Below, piece by piece: positions 23,068-34,849 of a DNA stretch of 64,000 bases. The DNA lies in assembly GCF_002113885.1 (NCBI RefSeq), contig NW_018403537.1:66025-130024 (forward strand). The letters run 5' to 3'. Position 1 is the first letter of the stretch. Every line of letters starts with the position of its first letter. This stretch comes from Mizuhopecten yessoensis (Eukaryota). A model generated the notes under the pieces. It saw only the letters and a list, made by a program, of their open reading frames with translations, was not told the DNA's origin and did not search any database. The position numbers and the translations under genes were made by a program.

Positions 23068-26000
23068 CTGTAAAAGTACAATACAAATATTAGAAAATGA
23101 CACAAGCATTTTTATTACATTTTTGTCAATGAAATATCGGATTCTATCAACTTGATTATAAAACTGATATCTTTCACACTGTGACAGATATCAAAAGAGA
23201 TATTTTCACACTGTGACAGATATCAAAAAAGATATTTTCACACTGTGACAGATATCAAAAAAGATATTTTCACACTGTGAAAATACCACTTTTAGGTATT
23301 GACCAATCATAACGGTTTCCTCTATTCGCTGCATTCAAAGGCAACGATTTTTTGTTCATATTCAAATGAAGCGACGGTAGAATAAGTGGTAATTATGGTA
23401 AATGTTTGGTACACACACTTAAGTATTTACATAAATATACAATTAATAACATTTTTATAAGCAATCATACCAGGAAATAGTAGAAAACGTCGGAATTGCG
23501 TTGAGTATCCCATTCAAAATGGCGTGCAGCCTTGTTGTCAAGTGTGACGTCATTAGAATATGGCGCTAATTCTTACGCTTCCGATTCCCACCCTTTTTTA
23601 AAGCATTACATTTTTTTCACGTTTTATGCTTTAAAAATGTAAGAAATAGAAAATTTAATGGTGTCTTCAGTAATAACAAATATATTTCACTTGTGTTGCG
23701 AATATTTTGATATTTTTCACTCGTGCTGTGCACACGCGAAAAATATCAATATAATAGCCACACTCCTGAAATATATTTGCTATTAATGAAGACACCATTA
23801 AATATCCTCTATATCTGACATGAATCGGTTCTTTTGGCCAAGGTTCTGTTTGTTTTATTGGAAAAATCTGTTTTATCTTCGTTGAAGTAGAGCTGTCTAA
23901 TAATGTACGTCTTTCACTCAGGGGGGAAGATTTGAAACTGGCAATACCGGCATTGTATACTCATCTGAGAAGTAATATTCATCAGGCTAAAAAGCATGAC
24001 TTGTTAATTCAGACCTTAAAAACTTTTGCCGAGTTTCGCCAGAAAACAACATCATAACATTACAGGATTAAGTACAGTGTGGATGAGGTTATAAATACGA
24101 AAACAATGTTAACAATCTTTCTTGTTTTACCTATATCATTACGAGGAGGCAGTGAGATACTCCTTGTCCAGTCAGGCTCCTCAAGATTCAGCATGTCACG
24201 AATGCTTTTTGCGATTATCTGTGATAAAGACGGAAACTCATTTGAGATACTGATACCAAGCAGAATAAGTATATATATATATACACATGTACACTGTATA
24301 TATAGTATTAATTTTTTTTATTTTTTTTTTACGTTTTGTTACAGAAATACAAAATCCTGTGGTCCTATTCAACATCTATCTTATCACTGACCATTGAATG
24401 AGAGTGAGGCCATATGGGCCTATGTTTATTATAGCATAGATCAACTGCACTGTAAATTTTAGTTATTTTAGCATTAATCATATTGTAGCGCTTTTCACAC
24501 TAAAATGGAAATTAAATGCTAAATCATGATAACAGCTAAATAGAAAATCACCACTAAAGTCCTTCATGTGACGTATAGGTGAATGTTTTACAGGTAATTT
24601 GAACTTACCTTTATGTGTTCAAAATCTGTGATACCAATACTGGGTAGAGCTTTAGCCTCAATAGTGACTAGTTTTCGTCCATTGATCATGTTTGTAGCAA
24701 AACAAGCCTGATGAAGACAAAGACATTGATATACATATGAACATCATTAAGCAAAAAGGTGAAATTCTAAACTGATTAAAAACACAACATAAATTCATCC
24801 TAGAAATTTTACATTGGACCCTGTGTTCAGTGAAACCTCTATAATGCCAATAGTTTTGATAGAACTATGCACTATCTATCTCACTAAATTTGACTTCCAA
24901 CTACAATTTGGTATTTCAATATATTTATTTATTATTTTTTCATATTATTCCCGACAACTGATTGGCCAGGAATGCATCACGTGTCCACCGATAAAAAACG
25001 ATATTGACTTGGAGCGCATGTTTTTGTTGAAGGACTGGGTGTTACTAAAAATAGAATTATGACGCGACTCCAAAGATTTTTGCGGTGATTTTTTTTCAGA
25101 TTGCTAACATTACTGTTTTGAAAATAATAAAACAATTGTAGCCTTTGACTTCGGTCGATACCTGGATTTATCGACCCGAGAAAAAATATATTGACCTCGG
25201 ACTGTGTCCTCTGTTAATATATCTTTTCTCGGGTCGATAAATCCAGGTATCGACCTCAGCCAAAGGCTATAATTGAATATTAAAAAAAAATCATATTATT
25301 CCCAACAAGTGATTGGCCAGTAGTGCATCATGTGTCCACCGATAAAAAACGATATTGACTTGGAGCGGGTGATTTTTGTTGAAGGACTGGGTTATAAAAT
25401 AGAATTATGACATTTTCTCCAAACAACACACCGACCCGCTTCCGAAGCTTTTTTATTGTATTTTTTTTACAGATTGCTTACATCACTGTTTTGAAAATAA
25501 TAAAACAATTGTAGCCTTTAACTTCGGTCGATACCTGGATTTAGGGATCCAACCATGCATAGCAACCCCCACTAATCCTGCCCAGATAGTCATAGAAAAG
25601 TATCTTAGGATTGAACAGGATTCTTTCAACATTCATATTGGTATGAATACAAATTGAGGTAAATTAAAGCAAAACTCCCTATCACAGGAAGCTATAGAAG
25701 GCATCTGGTATGAATTTAATGGACTGAACTTTCTTTTTTTTCTAACATGAATTTATGTCAGTATGCATGCAAATCGTTTACATCAATTTATTGCATGAAT
25801 GATGAAGCCATCTTGGGATTCATGTTAAATATGGAAAACCGATTCATTATACATTGTACACCCACCCATGAATGTTGTAATATATATATATACAGTATAT
25901 ATCAAATTATCAATATAAACATATATTTGTAAATCCTATAAATGTAAAAAAAATACATAACTTTTGAAGTATGTGCTGTCTGTAACTTGTCGGAATAAAA

Positions 26001-26529
26001 AATATTTTGGGTTCTTCTAAAACTTTTTTCGAAGTGGGAGGAGAAGCTTCAAAATGACAATGATTGAATCCAGTTATTTGCATCCATATAGCCATATATA
26101 TAAACTTGCAGCAACATATAGTCTGCATCAGTACAGCTGTCTTGTTGATTATGATATGTACAACACAGACTCTGAAAAAAACATTGGCTATTGAATAAAT
26201 GAATTGCCTTTGAATGTCAAAGCAAATGTTCACTACAAGGATGTCTGTCTAAATAAATAAATCGTTATAAGGCTTTTACATTAATCGGACAAAAAATGAA
26301 TTGTAACGTACACCGTGACACTGTGATCGAGTTATGCCGTTACAGCAAGCCTAAACATTTGTCCAAAGGGATTATTCCTTCCAAATAATTAATTCACATA
26401 TGCTTTAACCTTGTAATATGGAAATCCTAAATTATCGATCCAGTCCACAACTTGATCCACGGTCCAGTACAGGCATTGTGGCACTTGTTCATTTTTCAAA
26501 TCCTCAACGGTGCTGGTCATGGCAGCCAT
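22931..26529 (-). CDS. SAMD15: Sterile alpha motif domain-containing protein 15-like, 4 exons, 147 aa
   Basis: Exons 26529-26410, 24707-24609, 24218-24131, 23067-22931; GT-AG, phase-compatible, 444 nt. MAAMTSTVEDLKNEQVPQCLYWTVDQVVDWIDNLGFPYYK/ACFATNMINGRKLVTIEAKALPSIGITDFEHIK/IIAKSIRDMLNLEEPDWTRSISLPPRNDIG/MYVERKSGTGKNIDSLTFNKFL...RC*. SAM fold plus the RSISLP and G.Y.E.K..TG...DSLT tail typical of SAMD15. Confidence 0.9.
23135..23812. mobile_element. Non-autonomous element with ~160-bp terminal hairpin and 4x32-bp tandem repeat (Crypton-like)
   Basis: Hairpin 23646-23812; 32-bp unit with CACACTGTGA at 23175, 23207, 23239 and 23271. Confidence 0.65.
24131..24218 (-). CDS. SAMD15: SAMD15-like exon 3
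   Basis: cacag|IIAKSIRDMLNLEEPDWTRSISLPPRNDI|gtaaaa. Confidence 0.9.
24609..24707 (-). CDS. SAMD15: SAMD15-like exon 2
   Basis: atcag|ACFATNMINGRKL...GITDFEHIK|gtaagt. Confidence 0.9.
24940..25543. mobile_element. Tandem pair of hairpin-ended non-autonomous elements (Crypton-like)
   Basis: Copy 1 24940-25280 with hairpin 25133-25275; copy 2 25291-25543 truncated within the hairpin. Confidence 0.7.
26410..26529 (-). CDS. SAMD15: SAMD15-like exon 1
   Basis: MAAMT...WTVDQVVDWIDNLGFPYYK|gttaaa. Confidence 0.88.
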
Positions 26530-26552
26530 GATGTATACGTCTCCATGGATCG

Positions 26553-26599
26553 GTCACGTGACAAAGCTTACAAGAGTTATCTTTCCTAACACGCACGTG
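26553..26599. promoter_or_regulatory. Two E-boxes upstream of SAMD15-like (perfect GTCACGTGAC plus CACGTG)
   Basis: GTCACGTGAC at 26553-26562 and CACGTG at 26594-26599, 24-70 bp upstream of the ATG; USF/TFE-type motif. Confidence 0.5.
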
Positions 26600-27193
26600 G
26601 ACCTTCAAAACAAGTCGTCTTTGCCTGGATATATGAAAACTTCTTGGTCCTTTAATTGGTTTACTGGTTTATTACTTATAAAAAACCTGTAACATGAAAT
26701 ACATCATATTGCGCTAGCGCACATTATGTTGTTTGCTTGCAAAGCTGTGTCATTCAAATAGAACATAAATACCATACAAAAACAGTTCAATGCTTAATTA
26801 TAAATAGAGTGAATACAATAGAATGATAGAGTGGAATAAATGTATAGAGTTTTTTTCTGATAAAAAAATGTGTTCAGAATATGATTGTAACTTGGGTTTT
26901 CTTGATGTAATATAAAAGCGTGGTAATATATAGACATATTTTATAAATAATTGTCAGTTACACACCGAAAGTATTATCCAGCTAAGCGAGCACATACGGT
27001 CCTGGTTCGGTCACAGTCCCGAGGTAGGATCTTCGGCTCATCACCGAAAGGTCCCGTGTTCGACCCGTTCCCCCATTTATTATTTTATTAAATATTTGAT
27101 AAAATATATTCAACATTCTTGCGCTCGTGCAGAGGTGGTATACAACAAAACACGTGGAATAATCATGTTGTACATTTTATTGTTGTCGCCAAC

Positions 27194-30100
27194 ATGTCGT
27201 ACTGTGCCACTGATGCAATTTTATGTCAGGCGCTCGACCTCGCTGAACAGTTTCATGCTGTTACGGGGGGAAGTTCTGATGATGACGAAGGGATTTTTTA
27301 ACCCAGAATACGTTTATAAACGCTACGACCAAAGACTGTAATGCTATTCAATGTGCTATTGACGTGGATGACATGCTTGAGGAGGGTGGACCGACAGAAG
27401 TTGCTGCTTCCCGCCGTTTTCATGTCCTTCAGGGTAAGAATGATTAGTAACTGCAAATAAAAATTTTTAAAATAAAAAATAACGGGACTCCTTGCAGCTG
27501 CCAAGTCATTTTTTGGCATCGGGCGGGCATCGAGTTACTTTTAACTCGGACTTAAAACCTGGTGCGGCGTTTCGCATCGCAATAAATCGGTCGATGCCTA
27601 GCCGATGTCCGGCAGGGCATCGCACACGTCGGGCGGGCGCCGAGCCAAATTTTGGGTCTCACCAGGCGTCCGGCCGACTTGGCGGTGCCTGACGGAAATC
27701 GGCCGGGGGCCGGACGGCGGCAAACCGGCGCCCAGCCTGAAATCGGTCATACATCGGCCGGGGCTCGCGGGGTGAAAAAGGCGGCTCATCTACATCTACA
27801 TCTACACACAGTTTATCACACAAGTTTCATAATACAAGTACTACAAGATGCCCAAGTGAAAGAAAGGAGGAAAGAAGGGGAAGGAGAGGGCACCCACAAG
27901 GAAGAAGAAACAACCCCAAGAAGAGGAGAAAGAGAATAAGAGTGGAAGTGATGTAAGTAAGACTAACCTGGGGAATCCCCTTTCCGAAGAAGAGGACGAT
28001 GTGTTCCCCTCCAGGGTAAAGAAGAACGCCCTGCTAAAGGAATTTACAGACGAAATGGGTTTGGCGCGTGAGTATGCTTTAGATTTTTTAAATTTTATTT
28101 CATGCTTACCAACATTTTTCCTGCCAGTCATTATTTTGGTGTGTTTTGAAATTTACACTATTTTACATTGTTTCCTTTCCATCTGCTTACAGCCTCCCAG
28201 ATCATGAATCGGTTTCGGACGATGCGCACAGATTACTTCGAGTTGAGGGGCAAGCAGCAGAAAGGGAAGTCTGGCAAGGGACAGACCAGGCTAACCCACT
28301 CCAGGAATTCAAGCTCAAGCGGTACGAGTTCTTGGCGCCACACTACAGGGGCAGTACAAAGTCCTCAGTGCTCGGTTCGGTAAGCATCTACAAGGATTGG
28401 TGTCTCTTTTTCCCATTTGTGTTCCTAAATATTCACTTTTTTACATTGTTTCCTTACCATTTTGTAGCACTTGTCCTTGCTTATGCCTCAGGTCGCGCAG
28501 CCAGAGTCCAGCTCCGACGAGTCTGAAGAAGTGGCATCTTCGATCGGGATTGGGGAGGACTTNGGGGGGGGGGGGGAAGCTTGTTGCATAATGTTCACTG
28601 AGTCTTCTATGTGTTAATGTTGCAGGCTTCTTCTACCAGTGCTGGCCCCAGCACCAGTGGCCTGTCGGAACGCGAGGCATGGGCACAGTGGATGTCCAGC
28701 GTCCACCAGGACCTCACCTTCAAATTGACAAACGGCCGCCGGCCGTTGATCCCCTCGACAGGCACGCTACAGATGCCCGTCCGGCCGCCGTACGACCTGT
28801 AAGAATTGGTTGGCACCCTGCCAGATACCGCAGGGGTATCGCAAGGACATAAGCAGGGCACCGGACGAGTGCCTGCCGGACACCGGCCGATAAACGGGCC
28901 AGGAGTTCGACCCCATTTCCAGGAAAGTTGGCCGATCGCCGGTCGGCGACCCCCCGGGCCCCGAAATAGTTAAAATCGAACATAATACACGGTATATAGA
29001 ACTGTTCAATTTCGCAGTTTTTGTGATACCATAGACCACATTATGATATATTATTTATTCGATTACAGCACAATCTCGATTTGCAGAAGTTAATGCTGAA
29101 TTTGTAAACAAGATGGCCAAGCCGTTTGTTCCAGAGAACACAGCACGGAAAAAAAACAATGGGCAATAAACCTATACCGGAAATGGCGGAAACACGATGT
29201 TCAACAGAATGTAAATGAAGAACTGGTGGAATTACTGCAGGACAAAGAGAATCTTGAGAACCTTTCTGATGAAGAACTTACTTTTGTATTATTATTTTTT
29301 GTACTCTCCTTAAAGCGGGAAGATGGGCGTGAGTATACTAGTGGTAGCCTATAGCTATTCTCCATAATAACGGCAATTCAGCGCCATTTTGAAACGCTTG
29401 GGCTACACATTTCTGTGCTTCAAGATCCCAAATTCAAAGACGTAAAAAAATGCCTAGATAATGCAATGCAATCGGTCACTAAAAAGGGGGTTGGTATAAA
29501 CAAAAATCAAGTCGAGGTCATTACAATTGAGATAGAAAATGTTCTTTGGGAAAAGAGGTTCTTGGGATCATTAAATCCCCAAACTTTTCTGAATACCATA
29601 TTCTGGAGTTTTGGCATACATTTTGGTCTTCGAGGGGGGATGTGCACAGAAATTTGACAAGCAGAAATTTGAACGTTATAGCGGACTCGAATGGAAAAAG
29701 GTATTGAGAATACTGCGAGAGTGTGTCTTTAAACACAGGAGAGTGGACCCCCATAGAGCCCGTGCTTATGAGGCAAATAACAAAACCCGTTGCCCTGTGA
29801 CGCTATTTGAAAAATATTGTTCAAAGTTGCACCCAAATTCCGATCCCGATCATTTCTACTTCCAGTCCCTATCGAAACCCAATGGAAATATATGGTTTTC
29901 CGAAGTCCCCGTTGGACACAACAAGCTGGCCAATATAGTAAAAAACATCACGAATCTGGATTCAAAGGTTTCTATACAAACCATTCCCTGCGAGCTACAA
30001 CAGATATGAGGTTGTTTCAGGGACATGTGTCGGAACAACTGATTATGGAGCAAACGGGCCATCGCAGTACCGCTGTAAACGGATACAAGCGCGCGATTAA

Positions 30101-30239
30101 CGGTCAAAAACGCAGTGCTTCCCGCGTTATCCAATCGACATGTAAAAATCCAGAGTCCTCCCCCTCTATGGCTACCACTAGTGTTCCCAGTCCGTTTCCA
30201 ATTTCCCCCGTATATAACTTCAATAACTCCGAAATTTAA
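27194..30239 (+). pseudogene. DUF3504/ZMYM-QRICH1-like tyrosine recombinase pseudogene, two exons (27194-27433, 29069-30239)
   Basis: Motifs FVPENT..K.WA.NLY..WR, K.EDG.EY, LDNAM, LWEK.FLG..NPQ, HFGLRGG (R), RCPV.LF.KY, PVGHN.L, YTNHSLRAT (HxxR), TGHRS (H), GYKR (Y); several frameshifts and stops. Confidence 0.88.
27505..28978 (+). mobile_element. Internally deleted PIF/Harbinger-like element with Myb/MADF-like gene remnant (27848-~28720)
   Basis: GC-rich subterminal repeats at both ends; spliced ORF ..NRFRTMRTDYFELRGK..GKSGKG..LT/PLQEFKLKRYEFLAPHY..EREAWAQWMSS; no transposase; TIRs not resolved. Confidence 0.65.
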
Positions 30240-31894
30240 TTTCACATGTGAAAAGTTGTGAAATTATTCATCATAATGCAATATAACACAACGTACATAT
30301 ATTAAAAGCATTTGTTGAATGTTGCCATGTTTACTGTGGTTTTTTTTGTAACGAAAATGAGTTGTCAATGGTGGTATATGCAAATGAGGCAACATACCAA
30401 CCTAGGCACGTGCAATTTCTATTCAATAGCGGGTTGTTCACGTGGGTCACATTACATCACATCCGTCCAGTACCTCACTCGCATTTACACTTGCTATTTC
30501 CGCGCGCGCGCTAATTTTTTTGCTGCAATGCGTTACGTACAAAATTACACGGAAGGCTGATTTCTGTTACATGTATACGAACGCGTATAGTTTTAAATAC
30601 CACAAATATGTTAAAAGCAATATTGACAAATAATGACACAACTACATCTAATTCTACTGCATAACTACTATCAATTGCTTTTACCATGTCTGAACAGTGA
30701 CTTGACATATATTTGATCACAAAGATAAAAATGTAACCATATATATGTGTCTCTGAAATATCCATCTAGTTCATATTACCAACAAAACTGTAACTAGACC
30801 TGAAAGCTCGGACTTCTCCGAACGATGATTCCCTTTGGACTCGCTCTGAGGGGAAATACGACCCAGATTGTTTCTACACTGAAAAAATGTATGCGATCTC
30901 TTTAAGCGACTTTACTATCGATCGTCACGAGGAAACAGTATCTCTCGGAACACTTTTAGTTTCGCAGTCGTCAAGAAATTCGATCAAATTGGGCATGATC
31001 AGGAGTGCCGCCTAGGGCATCACTTCTATTAGATCCGGTGTGACACCATTTAGGGTTTTCAACACGCAAAACTAGTTTTCAGCCCTTTTATAATATTTTT
31101 TTCCCGAATATTTGTTTTTTAAAACTGAAACAAGATAAAAATGAATTGTTCAAATCCCCAATTTTTTTTCGAATCAATGAATTTCGAATGTCCGTCACGT
31201 GCTTATTCGTGGGGGTGCGTCGATTGGGGCCCGTTAGTTTATCATATTTTCTCGCTTAAAATGTACAATTTTGACGTTGAAAATACCTTTTGTGTTTTCA
31301 ATAACCATGTTCTTTCTACTTTTTCAACCTGATGTATCTAATGAGTTTGTTCTAAAATTGTTATGAACACAACTCGATTTACACCGTTATAAGATAAGTC
31401 ATGTCCAATATGGGTTTTGAATATAACAAAAAACGTCGAAAATGACGTCAACTTTAATGCCACTTTTTCGACGTTGAAAGTTAATTTTCTTTATTACCTT
31501 CAGATATTTTAACTAAAAACGTACAGCATATATATATAAACCATAAATAGAGTACAACTAGTGTGTGATTACATGTAAGTTCAGCACATTGACAAACAGT
31601 ACGGTTCGATATATTACATGTATAGTGAATAGATCTACCTCGATACTGTGCGTGTTTTTTTTTTACAAAAATGATTACATTATTTGTGAAGATTTATAGT
31701 TTCTAAAAAACGCATTTTTCCATAGTCACACTCGCCATACCGAGTCTAATGCAATTTTTTAATCGATGACAGATCTTTTTTTTAATAAATCGATGTCAGT
31801 TCATGTGGAATACAAATGCCATTAGTTAAAGAGTGATTCGTCCTTAACCCAGCATAAAACGATTGTTTAGTAGAGATGTGAAACCTTTTCGTAA

Positions 31895-32874
31895 AGCTGA
31901 CAGTACAAATTAAAAAGCTTTCAAATGAGATTGAAAAACAAAATCGATTTTTTTTCTGGTTTTGAGATCTTCTCCATATCTTCCGACTATCGTTTCTAAG
32001 GAAGTGTCGACATTTTAGTTTTTCCTTGCTTGGTAACGAGTAGTGGTCTCGCTGGGTATAAAAACCACATTTGACCTGTCAAACCGGTTATCATTCTACA
32101 ACTGACCGTCTCGCGATTCAATGCAACCGATATAAAAAAAATCAAACACACTCACCCTGAATACCGTGAAACACTGCCAAGCTGGTTGTTACTTATGGCA
32201 CATTCTTTAAATTGTGTATCCAAAATAAAAGGTATATTACTGAACATACTTCTATTAATCCCAAATATATCATCGGTCTTTCTCGTGCATAAAACTGCAC
32301 CAACACACGAATAACAGAACACGTGCAAAATGCGACACTCCCATATGTGTAGTCAACAATGTGAAATTTGATAATTAAACCATTCTCGTGGAAATGATTG
32401 GAAATAGTATAGTTTTCACACAAGGGGCTATAACTAGTTGGATATTAAAAAGGTAGGTTAGCGTTCGTCGTATGTTTGCTTATTTCAGGGCTGGTTTTTT
32501 ATGGTGGGGGAGGGATTGGCATTATATTTCAACTTTTCTTGGATAAATGATAGCTTTGATATGTTCCACTTCAATTATATTCAACTGATCGGATACAATA
32601 TGTTGGTAAAACTTCGTGCATGAAAGTGTTCTATAAATATAATAAAGAAGTGTCACCTTGTGCACATAATAAACAAATGATAACAAGTTTGACGGGTAAT
32701 GCGCTTTTTTAAACCCAGCGAGACCCATCCTCGTTACCAAGCAAGGACACACTAAAATGTCGGCACTTCCTTCGAAATGGTAGAAGGAAGAGATGGGGAA
32801 GATCTCTAAACCAAAAAAACATAACTTTTTTTAGAAATCTCAATTGAAAGCTTTTTAACTTGCACTTGTCAGCT
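31895..32874. mobile_element. 980-bp non-autonomous DNA transposon with ~200-bp imperfect TIRs, TAA flanks
   Basis: 31895-32096 is the reverse complement of 32676-32874 (AGCTGACA..AAAAAGCTTTCAA..AGATCTTC..TCCTTGCTTGGTAACGAG..GGTCTCGCTGGGT); TAA at 31892 and 32875. Confidence 0.8.
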
Positions 32875-33109
32875 TAAAGCAATGTTAATTATGACTTAAC
32901 AATGTTATAACGTGTGAAAGATGGCGTCAGAGGACAGTACGCTCACCTAGCGCTTCGTCAACACTTTGGTCCTTCTGTGTGTTTCATAGACGTTTTCTAA
33001 AGATGATTGGAATAGAGTAGGTTTCATTACTACACTCATGATATTCTGTCTGAAAGTGTTTCTTGTTGAATTTCTGAACTTATTTACATTTGTATTAATC
33101 ATCACAATA

Positions 33110-33545
33110 TGTCCCTGCAGATAGGGCGTACGAATTGAACCAGCTGCCCCCATTGCATGATCGTAAAAAGCGACTTAATTTGGGATCTTTTCTTTTCTCT
33201 TCTTTCTCAACAATTTTCTTCTTCCTAATGTCTCCCTTGACAATGCCTCACTTTTGGCCTTAAGTTGAGCGTTCGCCCTTGTGAGGAAGGCTTTGGGTTC
33301 TGTCCCCTGGCCGAAACATACCAGAGACTGTAAAAATGATAGTTTCTACTCCTGCTTAACGCTCAGGAATTTAGGAGTAGGACGACTGGTTCGCCCGTTG
33401 TCAATATAATGTGACCGGGTGGGGTGTCCTGCTGGTTGCCTTCGGCAGTATGTTTCAGTGAGGTAGCACTTTAAAGTCGGCATCAGTTCTGCGCTATCAC
33501 AAGGAGACAAACACGAACATATCGCAGCCTCCCAAAACACACGCA
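33110..33545 (+). mobile_element. Composite SINE
   Basis: tRNA-like segment (agttgagcgttcgccc..gggttctgtcccc), body shared with 1231-1490, CA-rich tail. Confidence 0.75.
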
Positions 33546-34245
33546 TAAATTACACGCATGCATCTTGCACACAGCAAACAACTGACTTCTTAAAATGATT
33601 ATGCACACGTTTGCGTGATAATCCTGTTTGCTTTGAAGCATTTCCCAGAAAGTATAATATGCATGTAGTATGTGCACACATTCCAGCAGTTCGCTTACCA
33701 ATGGGGCAAGTACAGTAATATTCTTTGATAGGATATGTGGAATCTGCAACATCATACTGAATCCAGACATTGTATTTTGTTTGTTATTTATGTCTAGAAT
33801 GAATCTGATCCCTGTGCAAACCAGTTGAATGTTGATGCACCCAAATTGCTAAATCATCTGAGTAAGTAAAATGTGTTGCTAAATATCCTGCTGCTTGCTA
33901 AACAAATTTCAGATAATGTATACAGGTTTTTTAAACAGAAATCTATAGTAGTATAGTAAAAGAGACTAGTGTAATACAATTTAAAAAAACACTTGATGAA
34001 GATGAAAGGAGAGTGTAGTAATTAGACAATAATAAATAAAGAAATAAAAAAAAGCAGGACAGGCCAAGTTGGAAGTAAAGCTCGCAAGGCAGCCAGACAG
34101 CAAATGTGTGTTGTGAGCTTGTGAGCAAAGGGTGATGTTATGTATTAGGTACGAGATTTTTGTAAATACTGGAGTGGTGGGTAAATACTGGGGTATGTCA
34201 TTAAAAGATGTAATTACCTGCGTTTATCTGATGCGAATGTGGTGG

Positions 34246-34281
<36 letters not shown>
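34246..34281. repeat. (GAT)n microsatellite
   Basis: ~12 perfect GAT units, with a degenerate extension to ~34400. Confidence 0.9.
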
Positions 34282-34849
34282 CCACACATTGTAGAGGATG
34301 CTGATATGTTGTTGATGATTATGTCAGATGATGATATATGATGATGATGGATTGAATGTGTAGATGCCGATACTGATGGTTATGTTGTTGATGATGATGA
34401 AATATATATATAAATATACAATGTAGCATGGCATCAAGGGTGGCTGCCTCCAAGGATGTCCTCTAGGTTCATTTTCAGTCAGTCTTTGATAGTGGGGTTG
34501 GCATATAAGACAGGCTGGTAGACTATTTTCCCGGTTCTCAGTTTGAATTAAAAAAAAATCACTGATGTAAACACATTCATGATTTGAAACATCTACGAAA
34601 ATCAATCCTGATTGTGTGTACTTATAACATCAAATATTGGGGTACCCCCTAATTTTCAGGGAAAACATCAAAACCAGCAAGGCCCTTTCTGCTTTTTCTT
34701 TACAAACTTTAAGATGATAATATTGATTTTGAAGCGATTTCACCTGACATTAAAATGGCAAGCTTTGAATAAAATGCATGCGTGGGCAGATCAAGAACCC
34801 CACCAACGTTTCATGTGTGGTCGTTGGGACAAACCGCATGCCGATATCA

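Larger units (their letters stand above)
27095..30560 (+). mobile_element. Crypton-like DNA transposon (DUF3504 tyrosine recombinase), degenerate
   Basis: Contains the spliced recombinase pseudogene at 27194-30239; element boundaries are approximate. Confidence 0.8.

Noticed and set aside
29415-30239. Phage integrase or prophage interpretation
   Set aside because: The spliceosomal intron and DUF3504-type motifs indicate a eukaryotic Crypton; no phage genes nearby
33110-33190. Possible self-cleaving ribozyme at the front of the composite SINE
   Set aside because: Some pairing potential (GTCCC/GGGAT, TCG/CGA), but I could not fit hammerhead, HDV or twister cores by eye; needs an Infernal/RNArobo search
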